Part shown: positions 1 to 10,231 of the stretch, piece after piece
Layout: every line of letters starts with the position of its first letter
How positions within the stretch are numbered: the first letter of the stretch is position 1
Source: Escherichia phage OliverMaurmann_Bas86
Reading direction: 5' to 3' (one strand)
Sequence record: PQ850622.1
Length of the DNA: 64,000 nucleotides
Made by a program: the position numbers and the translations under genes
The notes under the pieces: generated by a model
What the model saw: the letters and a program-made list of their open reading frames with translations, nothing else
What the model was told of the DNA's origin: nothing
Databases searched by the model: none

Positions 1-1619
1 TTGGTGTAACTCGTACTGGTATCAACTCTGATATCAAACAGTTTACGCAGAAGGTAACTTTCCAGCAACCTGTTACTGTTCCTGATGCTGTAGGTGATTA
101 TGATGCAGTTACACTGAGACAGCTTCGTAACAGTAGTGGAGGTTCTGGTGGTCCTACCATGAGCGGTATCTCCAACTTTGGTATTGGCGATTTCCATCTT
201 CGTGATAGTCGTGCTTTTATCCCAGCTTTTGAAGTTTTGTCTGACGGGCAGCTTCTGAATCGTGCTGACTACCCAGATCTGTGGGCTTATGCACAATTAT
301 TGTCACCTATAGAGGATTCAGAGTGGGTAGATGACATTTACCAACGAGGTAAATACTCTAAAGGAGATGGCTCCACTACTTTCCGTGTTCCAGACCGAAA
401 TGGTATTCAGCTTAACTCCCTTCCGGCGCTTTATGGACGAGGTGATGGTGGAGCTTCGGCTGCTAATGGTCTAATATTTGATGCTGCTGCTCCTAATATT
501 TATGGGGATATTGGTGGTGTTGTTGCTTATGGTCAGACTGGAGCTATCGCCAGAGGGCAGGAAGAAACGGCTCTCGCCCCTCAACCTAGCACTGGTAATG
601 GTGTCTTGAGGGTTAGTTTAAATGCCTCACTAGTCAGTCCTGTTTATGGTCGTTCCACTGATGAAATCCTAACCCGTAACTTTGTAGGCGTTTGGACTAT
701 TCGTGCGCATGGTGGTTTTACTGCTGCTAATACTTCTTGGTCAGTTATTAATAGTGATGCAAACCGTCCTGCTGGTGGAACTCGAGCAACTAGTGGTTCT
801 ATTATTGCTGAATATAAAATTGGTTCAGAAGTAGAGGCTTCTACTACGCTCCAAACTGATGCTTATATCGACGGAGCTTACTATGGGGTTATCAATGTTT
901 ATAATAAAACCAAAGGAGTTACCAAGCAACTATCTTTTGACGATTCTGGAACCCTGAACTCTGATAGATATGCTGCTCGGTTTGGGACATTGATGACTTG
1001 GAGCGAAACAGGAAGTCGCAGAGGTACTTTTTCTATAGACAACCAAGGGATAGGGACTAACTTCTCCTTCAACTCCATACTAAGTGCCTCTCAAGCAACT
1101 AGTGGGGGGTACAAAACTACCACCCATGTTGGCATGATTCACAACGATACTGGATCTTTTGCTGATTCCTGCTGGCATGTTGCAGGGGATGAAGACAACA
1201 AATACGGTTGTCGTTTAACCCTTAGACCAAGCAGGAATGAGATTTATTACTACACTTGGCAGCCCGGCTCCACTGGAACTTACACTCTTGCTATGAATCC
1301 TGTGTCAGATGAAAGGTTGAAACACAACATTCAAGACCTCTCGCCTGATGAAGCAATTCGTGCGATTAAAGGTTTGGACTTCAAATCGTTTGTGTACAAC
1401 AATGATAATCAAGGAAGAACTCGTCGTGGTATCATTGCACAGCAGGCAGAGAAAGTTGAACCTCTTTATGTTAAAACTCGTAAATTCCATGACAACGATG
1501 GGGTAGAGCAGGAACAGAAAGAGTTGGATGCAACTCCAATGCTTTTAGATACCATGCAGGTTGTTCAAGATCTGCTGAAGCGTATTGAAGTTCTAGAAGC
1601 GAAGTTAGCAGAGAAGTGA
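1..1619 (+). CDS. tail fibre / tailspike protein, C-terminal portion (5' end cut by window edge) with C-terminal intramolecular chaperone domain
   Basis: Frame of the 159..1619 ORF stays open back to position 1; C-terminus ERLKHNIQDLSPDEAIRAIKGLDFKSFVY...GIIAQQAEKVEPLYV matches the autocleaving chaperone (peptidase S74-like) module of phage tail fibres. Confidence 0.55.
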   Translation, partial: GVTRTGINSDIKQFTQKVTFQQPVTVPDAVGDYDAVTLRQLRNSSGGSGGPTMSGISNFGIGDFHLRDSRAFIPAFEVLSDGQLLNRADYPDLWAYAQLLSPIEDSEWVDDIYQRGKYSKGDGSTTFRVPDRNGIQLNSLPALYGRGDGGASAANGLIFDAAAPNIYGDIGGVVAYGQTGAIARGQEETALAPQPSTGNGVLRVSLNASLVSPVYGRSTDEILTRNFVGVWTIRAHGGFTAANTSWSVINSDANRPAGGTRATSGSIIAEYKIGSEVEASTTLQTDAYIDGAYYGVINVYNKTKGVTKQLSFDDSGTLNSDRYAARFGTLMTWSETGSRRGTFSIDNQGIGTNFSFNSILSASQATSGGYKTTTHVGMIHNDTGSFADSCWHVAGDEDNKYGCRLTLRPSRNEIYYYTWQPGSTGTYTLAMNPVSDERLKHNIQDLSPDEAIRAIKGLDFKSFVYNNDNQGRTRRGIIAQQAEKVEPLYVKTRKFHDNDGVEQEQKELDATPMLLDTMQVVQDLLKRIEVLEAKLAEK

Positions 1620-1622
1620 GAT

Positions 1623-1642
1623 AAGCCCCTTCGGGGGCTTTT
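1623..1642 (+). terminator. rho-independent terminator after tail fibre gene
   Basis: Hairpin AAGCCCC-TTCG-GGGGCTT followed by TT, immediately after stop at 1619. Confidence 0.5.
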
Positions 1643-1708
1643 AGGAGTGAAACTGGTGAATAAGTAATGAAACTACTATATCCAAAAGGAAAATGAAAGG
1701 AGAAGAAA

Positions 1709-1927
1709 ATGAAAATGATGAAACAGGTAACTTATGGTCTAGCTTGCTTAGGGACAGGTTTTGTGATTTCCACAGCAGTACCTGTAAATGCAGTAGGCTC
1801 TCATTCTATTATAGAAGCTCCTGTAGAGAAGCTTAGTTCTCAATGTAAACAAAGGACCATTCAAAATAATTTGGTTGTTATTTGCCCAGACGCTCAATCT
1901 TCAGCTCTGAGAAAAATTCTTCCTTAA
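1709..1927 (+). CDS. small membrane/secreted protein next to lysozyme (holin or spanin candidate)
   Basis: 72 aa, N-terminal hydrophobic segment VTYGLACLGTGFVISTAVPV, RBS AAAGGAGAAG upstream. Confidence 0.35.
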   Translation: MKMMKQVTYGLACLGTGFVISTAVPVNAVGSHSIIEAPVEKLSSQCKQRTIQNNLVVICPDAQSSALRKILP

Positions 1928-1960
1928 TTGACCTAAAATAACAACAAAAGGAGGTCAAAG

Positions 1961-2452
1961 ATGGACGCTATCGCATTGCCGCCTGTACAGATGAGCCTAA
2001 GTCCGGCTGGTATGGAGTTTATCATGAAGCATGAAGGCATGAGAACTAAAGCCTATAAAGACTCCGCTGGAATCTGGACTATATGTGTAGGGGCTACGCG
2101 CGATATGAATGGGTATCCAGTAAGACAAGGATTAACGTATTCTATAGAGGATTGTCTAGCTCTGCTAGATAGAGACACACAAGACTCTGTTCGTGCTACT
2201 CAGAAAAACATAAGAGTTCCTATGCTAGCTCATGAATTTGATGCTGTCACTTCTTTCAACTTTAATGTTGGTGGTGGTGCTTTGTCAGCTTCAAAACTTA
2301 GGAAAGTGATCAACGGAGATGTGAAGGGTGATGTTTACTCAGAGTTCTTACGTTGGGATAAGATAACTGTTAAAGGTGTAAAGCAGCGGAGTCCGGGACT
2401 TCACAATCGCAGGGTTGCAGAAGCAAATCTATACACTACAGGAAAATATTAA
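1961..2452 (+). CDS. lysozyme, glycoside hydrolase family 24 (T4-lysozyme-like)
   Basis: MKHEGMRTKAYKDSAGIWTICVGA gives the Glu..Asp..Thr catalytic spacing of T4 lysozyme; RBS AAAGGAGG. Confidence 0.8.
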   Translation: MDAIALPPVQMSLSPAGMEFIMKHEGMRTKAYKDSAGIWTICVGATRDMNGYPVRQGLTYSIEDCLALLDRDTQDSVRATQKNIRVPMLAHEFDAVTSFNFNVGGGALSASKLRKVINGDVKGDVYSEFLRWDKITVKGVKQRSPGLHNRRVAEANLYTTGKY

Positions 2453-2464
2453 TGGAGGTGCCTT

Positions 2465-3268
2465 TTGGCTATCGAAACAACTGCGGTAGTTACTACCGAT
2501 TTAAACCCCCTATACCCACGGGACAGGGACTACCTTTATGAAGGGGCTGCCCAGATACGACTGGTCAAACAAGTCTTAATTAACACTTTCCCTAACATCA
2601 CAGAGCCGGTTCAACTTGACTCAGATTCTTTCAACATCCTAGCAAACAAGGTCTCTTTTACTGGAGACTCTATGGACGTTGGTGGTTTGATGATTAAGAA
2701 CCTAACTCCGGGAACTGGTGATAAAGATGCTGTAACCAAAGGTCAGATGGAAGCTTTCATGTTGAATTGGATGCAAAATAAACTATACCGTATTGGTTCT
2801 TATTACATCACTGAGGAAGATATTAATCCGGGAGACTCCAGCTCTCTTGGCTTCGGTTCTTGGGCTAAAGTAACTGGTGTTGTTATGGGTACTGGTGTTG
2901 TTAACCCTGACGGTTCTGTTCCTAACGCCCAGCGTGTGGAATTCCAAGCAGGTGGTACAGGAGGTCGTGTATTCAACACAATCCGTGCTGATAATATGCC
3001 TCTTACTACAATCAATGGTTCTAGTTTCCAAGTCAGTTCTTATTCCCACTCGCACAACATCACGATGGGTCGAGGTGATGCTAGTGGTCACAATAGCAGC
3101 CCTAATTGGTATAGTCCGGGTGGTGGTTACACTCAGGTAACTGACACCAACACTCACTCCCACTCAATCACAGGTTCTGTTAGTTTTGGGCGTGATGATG
3201 TATCAAGACAACCTATCAACACTTTGCCGCCTTTCAGAGCAGCGCATATTTGGAGACGTATTAGCTAA
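2465..3268 (+). CDS. tail fibre-like protein with His-rich C-terminal repeats (TTG start)
   Basis: SD GGAGGTG 5 nt upstream of TTG; HSHSHNITMG...HSHSITG motifs resemble metal-binding HxH repeats of tail fibre tips. Confidence 0.4.
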   Translation: MAIETTAVVTTDLNPLYPRDRDYLYEGAAQIRLVKQVLINTFPNITEPVQLDSDSFNILANKVSFTGDSMDVGGLMIKNLTPGTGDKDAVTKGQMEAFMLNWMQNKLYRIGSYYITEEDINPGDSSSLGFGSWAKVTGVVMGTGVVNPDGSVPNAQRVEFQAGGTGGRVFNTIRADNMPLTTINGSSFQVSSYSHSHNITMGRGDASGHNSSPNWYSPGGGYTQVTDTNTHSHSITGSVSFGRDDVSRQPINTLPPFRAAHIWRRIS

Positions 3269-3277
3269 GGAGGAATC

Positions 3278-6200
3278 ATGGCGCTTTATCCAATAAAATC
3301 TTTAGGGGCTGTAGGGGTTATTGCTGACCAAGCTCCAACTGATTTAGCACCTAATGCTTTCACTAATGCTATCAATGCCCGCTTTGTAGAGCAAAGAGTT
3401 TTTAAGACGGGGGGCAATGCCCCTCTTTCTTATGTAGAAGAAGATAAAGAGATTACACCACTCTCTTTTATCTCAATGCCTTTTGACTACTACAGTGCAG
3501 GTAATAGCTTTCTGGTTGTTGGTACAGACAAAAAGCTATATAAGTTGACAGATGAAAGCTTGACAGATATCAGCCGTAAGGTTGCCACTGTCACAAAAAG
3601 AGCTTCTGCTTCTATTAAGATTTATCCGGTTGTTTCTCAGATTGTTCCTAAAGAGACTTCCATTTCAATGAATTTCAACCAAACTAAAACTTTGGAAGTT
3701 TCTGTTCTTCCGGAAGATGCTAATAATACATCTCTGGTTTGGGAAGTCAGTAATTCCTCTTATGGTAAGGTAGAGGTTGATCCTAGTAATCCTAAAATTG
3801 CAACTCTAACTTCTTATGAAAGAGAGGGGAATTTAGTAGTCACTGTATCAACAGCCGATGAATCTATCAGCGCTCAGATTGCAGTAAACATTATAGATGG
3901 TGATTCTGGTATCTTCTTAAGCCAAGACACAATAACCGTTCGTAAAGGTGGTAACACTACAATAACTGCTGTTACTGGAAAAACCCCTGTAACTTGGACT
4001 TCTAGTAACAATTCAATCCTCTCCATCACACCGAACACTAACACACTAACGGCATCCTTATTTGCAAATGGAGAAGGCAGTGTTACTGTAACAGCGGATA
4101 ATGGCGTGAAGAGTGCTTCGTGCCAAGTTAATGTTATACCACAGATTGACAGCATCACTCTAAGTCAGACTGATGTCCAAATGAGCAGAGGTACTCAGTA
4201 CGTCCTGACTGCTACAGTTAATCCTTCAGATGCTCCTAATAAGACGATAACTTGGACTTCCTCTAACCCTAATATTGCTACAGTTTCCGGAAACAGTACA
4301 GAAGCAGTAATCACTGGACTACTTGCTGGGTTTACTGAAATCACAGCTGTTACCCAAGAAGGAAATAGAGCAGCAACTTGTACGGTAAGGGTAGACCTAG
4401 GTGGAAGAATGATGCGAACTTCTGCAATGTCTTTTTCGGAACCTATGGTTAAGGAGGTACAGTCAGAGGTTGACAATACCTATGCCCCTGCTGAAACAGA
4501 AGAGGTTTTGTATTTTGTAAGTGAGCCTTCTGGTATAGACACTTCAGGTATGTACGAAGGGAACAACTTCTACGACTACTCAAACGTCAATGACATGGAA
4601 GGTTTTGCACGGGCTGCACTTTTGGCTAACGATGCTCCTTTACAGTCGCTCTCTTTAGATATTATTAATGCATCCCTTGATGTTGGAGAAGACATTGTAA
4701 TCACAGCTAATGCTTTACCTGAGGGAGAGTATTTCTACCAGTGGACAGTAGACAAAGCAGGTTATGTTTCAACTACATCTACTACTGGAAAATCTCTAAA
4801 ACTGACAGCTATTCGTAAAGGTGAGATCAAAGTTACTTGTACTGCTAGTCAAATGACTCAGAAAGATTATGATGCTTTTGACGACTATCCTTGGTATCAC
4901 ACCATAATCTCTAACTGTGCAGTGGCTACCACTCATTATGAAACACCACAGGTCAAAGAGTTTGAATCTGAGTATTTCGTAGATCTTCCGGGATGGGGTG
5001 AGCAAACAGTCGTTGATAATGATGGCAATCCTTCTGTTAAGAAATTTAACTGGAAGTGTGAGCGTATTCGTGCATTCAACAACAGACTTTTTGCTCTGAA
5101 TATGAGGGAATCTAATGCATCTGGTGTAACTACTCACTACCCTCTAAGACTTCGGTGGTCGAATTTCGCTAACGAAAACAAAGCTCCATCTCTTTGGGAT
5201 GATTATGCTTATGATCGTTTAACAACTTCAGACCTATCAGCAAACATTGTTGGTCAAACTGAGGCTTTGGAAAATGGGTACGCTGGGTATATAGATTTAG
5301 CAGATTCTAACGGAAGTTTGATTGATGTACTTCCTCTGAAAGATTACCTTTTTGTTTACACGGAGTTCGAAACCTACATTGGTTCTCCAACCAATAACAC
5401 ATATCAGCCCCTTATGTTTAAGAAGCTGTTTAATGACTCTGGCATACTTGCTCCTGAGTGTGCAGTTGAAGTCGAAGGTGGACACTTCGTAGTAACTCAA
5501 AATGATGTGATCTTACATAATGGTGCATCTAAAAAATCTATAGCATCTAACCGAGTCAAGAATCTTCTCATTAATGAGATCTGTCTAGTAAACCCTCTAG
5601 CTACTAGAGTTCACCTACACCAAGACAAGAAAGAGGTTTGGGTTTTATATGTAGGTCCGGGAGAGCCTAAAGAGAGTTTTGCTTGTAATAAAGCCGCTGT
5701 TTGGAATTATGAGTTTGACACTTGGTCTTTCCGTACAATACCATATGCTCAGTGTATTGGGTTAGTCGATCCACCAGTTCTTGAGAGAGGTCCAATCTGG
5801 GCAGATTTTCAAGAGATCACTTGGGATGATCCCTCTATTAACCAATTAGTCTGGAGAAAGGATGCTAATAACTTCCGTCAAAGGATTACAATAGTTGGCT
5901 CTTTCCTGAAGGGATTCTATCAAGTGGATGTTGGTGCTCTGGACTACATCTATGATAGAACCAATGATAGGATTATAGAAAAACCTTTAGAAATGAGGCT
6001 AGAAAGAACTGGTATTGATTTTGATAATGTCACTAATGAGTGGAATCAAAAACATATTAATAGATTTAGACCTCAAGTTACTGGTACAGGTACTTATACT
6101 TTTGAAGTCGGTGGAAGTCAATTCTCAAACGAGTATGGACACAATCACTCAACTAAAGAGTTTAGGGTAGGCTCAGATCGTCATGTATCCGTGAGACTGA

Positions 6201-6301
6201 ACCATCCATACCTATTCTATAATGTTATAGATAATGATGTTAACAGTAATGCTTCTATGAATGGTTTAACCATAGAGTTTAGTGTTGGCGGTCGAAGATA
6301 A
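3278..6301 (+). CDS. large virion structural protein with bacterial Ig-like (Big_2-type) domains
   Basis: 1007 aa; repeats such as LTATVNPSDAPNKTITWTSSNPNIATVSGNSTEAVITGLLAGFTEITAVTQEGNRAATCTVRV match the Big_2 signature; SD AAGGAGG. Confidence 0.55.
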   Translation: MALYPIKSLGAVGVIADQAPTDLAPNAFTNAINARFVEQRVFKTGGNAPLSYVEEDKEITPLSFISMPFDYYSAGNSFLVVGTDKKLYKLTDESLTDISRKVATVTKRASASIKIYPVVSQIVPKETSISMNFNQTKTLEVSVLPEDANNTSLVWEVSNSSYGKVEVDPSNPKIATLTSYEREGNLVVTVSTADESISAQIAVNIIDGDSGIFLSQDTITVRKGGNTTITAVTGKTPVTWTSSNNSILSITPNTNTLTASLFANGEGSVTVTADNGVKSASCQVNVIPQIDSITLSQTDVQMSRGTQYVLTATVNPSDAPNKTITWTSSNPNIATVSGNSTEAVITGLLAGFTEITAVTQEGNRAATCTVRVDLGGRMMRTSAMSFSEPMVKEVQSEVDNTYAPAETEEVLYFVSEPSGIDTSGMYEGNNFYDYSNVNDMEGFARAALLANDAPLQSLSLDIINASLDVGEDIVITANALPEGEYFYQWTVDKAGYVSTTSTTGKSLKLTAIRKGEIKVTCTASQMTQKDYDAFDDYPWYHTIISNCAVATTHYETPQVKEFESEYFVDLPGWGEQTVVDNDGNPSVKKFNWKCERIRAFNNRLFALNMRESNASGVTTHYPLRLRWSNFANENKAPSLWDDYAYDRLTTSDLSANIVGQTEALENGYAGYIDLADSNGSLIDVLPLKDYLFVYTEFETYIGSPTNNTYQPLMFKKLFNDSGILAPECAVEVEGGHFVVTQNDVILHNGASKKSIASNRVKNLLINEICLVNPLATRVHLHQDKKEVWVLYVGPGEPKESFACNKAAVWNYEFDTWSFRTIPYAQCIGLVDPPVLERGPIWADFQEITWDDPSINQLVWRKDANNFRQRITIVGSFLKGFYQVDVGALDYIYDRTNDRIIEKPLEMRLERTGIDFDNVTNEWNQKHINRFRPQVTGTGTYTFEVGGSQFSNEYGHNHSTKEFRVGSDRHVSVRLNHPYLFYNVIDNDVNSNASMNGLTIEFSVGGRR

Positions 6302-6307
6302 CAAATA

Positions 6308-6334
6308 GGGGCTTCGGCCCCTTTTATTGTTTTT
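6308..6334 (+). terminator. rho-independent terminator
   Basis: GGGGC-TTCG-GCCCC followed by TTTTATTGTTTTT. Confidence 0.7.
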
Positions 6335-6348
6335 AATTGGAGGTACTT

Positions 6349-7317
6349 ATGGGTGCTGGAGGTTTTCGAAAGAATACTGGTAGAAACAACACCACACTTC
6401 CGTACAATGTTGGTTTTCTAAACAATGTGCAGGATACAGAAACTTACAACGTTGCCGTCTATGATGAACTACAAAAAGTTAGTACAGCAACTAATCAGAT
6501 GTTTCAAGCCATTGATGAAATACATGAAGAAATTGATGTTAGGATTAAAGCTCTTAATGCAATGAATCTTCAATTTGATGAACTTGAAAACAGAATTACT
6601 ACAGAGATCGAAACAGCTATTGCTGACATTCAAACACAGATGGGCAATCTGTCCACTGAAGATATTTGGGATAATTCAGTACAACCGCCAGTTAAGCTAG
6701 AAAGTTCTATGGCAGGGTTTAAAACTTCTATAGAAGGTAATGAGGTTAAGATACAGTCTGTTGAGGGAATCGTAAACCAGCAGGGAGAGGAAATTGGCTT
6801 AGTTCAAACAGAGATCTCCAACATTAACAGCAGTCTATCTTCTTATATGAAGCTATCTGACTACGAAGCTACGTGGGGAATTAACTCAAACGTCAACGGC
6901 AGGTATGCTGGTGTCAAACTAACTAACAACGGCACGAATAGTCAGTTCCAAGTTACAGCTGATAAGTTTGTTGTAGGTGATGGTAACTCGGGTAATACAC
7001 CTTTTGTGTTTGAAGGAGGTCGAGCTAAGATAGAGTTTGCTGATATTAAGAACGTCAATATCACAACTGCTCAAATTGCTAATGCTCGTATTCAGTTTGC
7101 TCAAATAGATAACGTGTGGATTACTGATGGTCAGATTGCCAATCTTACAGCTAACAAGATCACTGCTGGCTCTATGAGTGGTTCAAACTGGAGACTTACT
7201 GTTGGTGGGGATTTTGTGATGGGTGGCACAGGTGGGGCACAGCTCTGGATGAATGGTAATAGAATTGATTTCTATGATGGGAGCGGTGCACTGAGAATCA
7301 GAATAGGGAGTTGGTAA
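6349..7317 (+). CDS. tail fibre-like structural protein with coiled-coil region
   Basis: ATG at 6349 preceded by GGAGGT (ORF track begins at TTG 6337); coiled-coil N-terminus then Gly/Asn-rich beta-like region. Confidence 0.45.
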   Translation: MGAGGFRKNTGRNNTTLPYNVGFLNNVQDTETYNVAVYDELQKVSTATNQMFQAIDEIHEEIDVRIKALNAMNLQFDELENRITTEIETAIADIQTQMGNLSTEDIWDNSVQPPVKLESSMAGFKTSIEGNEVKIQSVEGIVNQQGEEIGLVQTEISNINSSLSSYMKLSDYEATWGINSNVNGRYAGVKLTNNGTNSQFQVTADKFVVGDGNSGNTPFVFEGGRAKIEFADIKNVNITTAQIANARIQFAQIDNVWITDGQIANLTANKITAGSMSGSNWRLTVGGDFVMGGTGGAQLWMNGNRIDFYDGSGALRIRIGSW

Positions 7318-7318
7318 T

Positions 7319-8350
7319 ATGGCTTATGGAATATGGTGTCAACCTGTAGGACCGGGACCAGCTTCCCCAGCTCCTCTCTTTATTGATAGCGGAAGCACTT
7401 TTCCTCAAATAAAAAATTCAATAAGTGGGAGTTTCAACTTTAACGGGGCTGGTAGATCTTTTCCTATTAGTGGGTGGGATGGGAGTGGTCAAATAGTGAT
7501 TGTACCAACAGGCTCTCTTTGTTGGCAATGGGAGGTTCCTCCTAATTTAGTTCCTGATGTATATTGTGTCAACAATATCTATGTAGAGAATAACACATCA
7601 TTCAGGGTTACATTAAACCAAAACCCGGGAAGCAACCCTTTGTTTGACTGTGGTTTCAATGTATATCAAATCTACCCAAGAGCTGATAGGAACTATGGAA
7701 TAACCTTCTCTAATACAGCTGATTATTTCTCTATCTCAGATGCTGGGATTGTGGGTCAATGCATCTGGGCTTGGCAAGGAACTATAAACAACGCTCTACA
7801 GATACCTGATATTGGTGGTTTCTATATGCCTAATGCTGTAGTTTTTGCTAACTGGTCTGATGGTGGTGTTGGTTTATCTTATACATCAGGAGATAGGGTG
7901 ATTCGAGTTTATCAAAACAGGTCTTATAACAATGGCAACACTAATGAAGGTGGTTCTGTGTTTGCTAGGGTTGCTGTATTTTGTAATGGTGCTGGGGTTC
8001 CTGAACACAACGGCGGTTTAAATATATACTCTCCCGGAACTACTCAGTGCGTATTCTCTACTTATAGGTCTCCTTTTACAGTAGACACTTTCGTAGGCTC
8101 AGCAGGTGGAAATACTGGCTTAGCTTATCCTATGATTCCTCTGTCTTCTGGAGTTGGAGCTATCAGAGGAAGTGGGAGTGGTTGGTATTATCAACAAATG
8201 CGTTCTCATACCATGTCAGGGTCTTCAATAGGAACTGGATATGGTAGATATATGTTCCAATGGTCTAATAGTTATGACTTAGGTTCTAATGCTGCTGTTA
8301 ATATCTCCATCCCTGTAATCAACGCTGCTAAGATTTTTGCAGGTTTATGA
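7319..8350 (+). CDS. virion structural protein (unknown function)
   Basis: 343 aa ORF tightly packed in the structural operon; Gly/Ser/Asn-rich. Confidence 0.4.
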   Translation: MAYGIWCQPVGPGPASPAPLFIDSGSTFPQIKNSISGSFNFNGAGRSFPISGWDGSGQIVIVPTGSLCWQWEVPPNLVPDVYCVNNIYVENNTSFRVTLNQNPGSNPLFDCGFNVYQIYPRADRNYGITFSNTADYFSISDAGIVGQCIWAWQGTINNALQIPDIGGFYMPNAVVFANWSDGGVGLSYTSGDRVIRVYQNRSYNNGNTNEGGSVFARVAVFCNGAGVPEHNGGLNIYSPGTTQCVFSTYRSPFTVDTFVGSAGGNTGLAYPMIPLSSGVGAIRGSGSGWYYQQMRSHTMSGSSIGTGYGRYMFQWSNSYDLGSNAAVNISIPVINAAKIFAGL

Positions 8351-8362
8351 TAAGGAGTTTTT

Positions 8363-9160
8363 ATGACAAAAATAATGGGAGTGTCAGAGCTTGACCCTTT
8401 GGTCCAACAAGCTTCTAAGAAATATGGCATTCCTGCTGCTCTTATACATGCAGTGATTCAGAGAGAGTCTAATGGAAGACCTTCTGTTGAATCTGGTACA
8501 GGACCAGTAGGTTTAATGCAAATCAGTAAGGGGTTGGCTAAAGATTATGGATATAAACTTGAAGATAGGTTAGACCCTGCAAAGAATATTGACATGGGTG
8601 CTAGATATTTAAGAGATAACCTGAAAGCTTTTGATGGTGATGTGAGGAAGGCTTTGGTGGGGTATTCAGAAGGAACTGGTGGTGCTAAGCAAATGTTTGC
8701 TGGTAAGAGAGGGTTTACACCTCAAGCTTTAGATTCAATGAATAATAAGCTGTTCCTACCATTCTTTGATAAGAACACAGCAGCGGCACAAGTGGCTAAT
8801 CCTGTAGGTGCTTTGAAAGCAGTTCAGCCTGTGGACCAGTTTGATTCTAATACGCTGACTAGAGAAGGTGCTGCAAACGCTCCTACTCAAGCAGAGATAG
8901 CTGCAAGCAAGGCTGGAGCTTTAGGTGGTCGTCCTGTAGAGTTTTACTCTGATGAACAATCTACTGGGGAAAATCAAAAACCTCAACAGAACTTTGGAAA
9001 TGCTGTATTGGCAGCTGCTTCTATGCTTGCAGGAAAACAGCCTAACTCTCAAACCGTACAGAGAGCACATGCCCCTACTCAAGCAGGTTCTCGATACAGT
9101 CCACAAACACAAGCCGTGCTGAGACGTTTGTCTAGCATAGGTACTGATATTTACAGATAA
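8363..9160 (+). CDS. lytic transglycosylase (SLT domain), probably virion-associated
   Basis: ALIHAVIQRESNGRPSVESGTGPVGLMQI contains the SLT catalytic Glu-Ser and GLMQ motifs; RBS AAGGAG. Confidence 0.7.
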   Translation: MTKIMGVSELDPLVQQASKKYGIPAALIHAVIQRESNGRPSVESGTGPVGLMQISKGLAKDYGYKLEDRLDPAKNIDMGARYLRDNLKAFDGDVRKALVGYSEGTGGAKQMFAGKRGFTPQALDSMNNKLFLPFFDKNTAAAQVANPVGALKAVQPVDQFDSNTLTREGAANAPTQAEIAASKAGALGGRPVEFYSDEQSTGENQKPQQNFGNAVLAAASMLAGKQPNSQTVQRAHAPTQAGSRYSPQTQAVLRRLSSIGTDIYR

Positions 9161-9169
9161 GGAGGACGT

Positions 9170-10222
9170 ATGTCTCTTTTCGGTTCTGCTCCTAAATCTA
9201 AGACTACGGTAGCTCCGTCTTCTCAGGTTGATGCTCTTCTGAAACAGATTGTAGCAAATGCTCAGGCTATGAATCAAAACGATCAAGGTTTTATTGGTCG
9301 TAACGTAGCGGGTTTTAATGAAAACCAAACAGCAGCTCTTTCTAATTTAGCAAATTCTAACACACTCAACCAACTCAGTCAGATGTACACCCCTAGAACT
9401 CAACAAGGGTTGGACCAGATGAATGAGTTGGCTCAGAAATATCAAAACCTAGTTAATAAAGGTGGTATCACTGCTCAGGATGTTAATAATTTTAGCTCTG
9501 GATTGAATAGCTCTGCTTTAGCTAAGTCTACAGGTAAAGCTGCTGCTAATGTATCTCTTGGTAATGGTTCTGATTCAGGTTCTCTTAGACGTGCTGCTGC
9601 TCAAGGTGCTGCTCTTTCTTCAGCGAACACTAATCTCTCTCGCTCTATTCAGGGTAAAAATATGGGTGTTAACACTCTTCTGAATAACAACTCTTATCAG
9701 CAAGGTTTGCTAAACGCTCAATCTGGTTTAGCAGGTCAGAACTTGAATCTAGGTGCTGCTGGAGTACAAGCTGGTCAACAGGCAATACAGAATCAGCTTA
9801 CTGCTGGTAATCTTCAACAACAGCAAGATCAACTCCAAGCTAACAACAATTGGGAGAATGCTATTGGCAATCAACAGTACGGTTGGAATCAGCTTAACAA
9901 TCAGCTTAATGTATTAAACTCAGTAAGCCCTATGGCTGGATACACTATTACTAATAAAGGTGCTGCCCCTAGTGCTTCGCAACAAATCCTTGGTGCTGGC
10001 GTTACAGGTCTTGGTATTGCTGGTCGTTTAGGTGCTTTTACCCCTAACCAGCAAACTACTAATGCTTGGAACTCATACAATGCTTCTGGAGGTCAAGCCG
10101 GATTGGCTGGTCCTATGATTGGTGGCTCAAACCTGTCTCAACAGAATGGTCAGAGCAACTGGTTATCTACCGCAGGAAGTAATATCTTAGGTGGTGTTCT
10201 AGGAGCCTTTGGAGCAAATTAA
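9170..10222 (+). CDS. Q/N-rich low-complexity virion protein (paralog A)
   Basis: 350 aa; N-terminus MSLFGSAPKSKTT...GFIGRNVAGFNENQTAALSNL parallels the next gene; Gly-rich C-terminus. Confidence 0.45.
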   Translation: MSLFGSAPKSKTTVAPSSQVDALLKQIVANAQAMNQNDQGFIGRNVAGFNENQTAALSNLANSNTLNQLSQMYTPRTQQGLDQMNELAQKYQNLVNKGGITAQDVNNFSSGLNSSALAKSTGKAAANVSLGNGSDSGSLRRAAAQGAALSSANTNLSRSIQGKNMGVNTLLNNNSYQQGLLNAQSGLAGQNLNLGAAGVQAGQQAIQNQLTAGNLQQQQDQLQANNNWENAIGNQQYGWNQLNNQLNVLNSVSPMAGYTITNKGAAPSASQQILGAGVTGLGIAGRLGAFTPNQQTTNAWNSYNASGGQAGLAGPMIGGSNLSQQNGQSNWLSTAGSNILGGVLGAFGAN

Positions 10223-10231
10223 GGAGGAGCT

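Noticed and set aside
2783-3163. ORFs 2783..3163 (-), 2803..3015 (-), 2877..3140 (+) inside the 2465..3268 gene
   Set aside because: Embedded in or antisense to a better-supported gene, no RBS, low-complexity products
3874-5500. Reverse-strand ORFs 3874..4158, 4195..4476, 4796..5137, 5297..5500 inside the 1007-aa structural gene
   Set aside because: Antisense to a long gene with clear domain content; typical shadow ORFs
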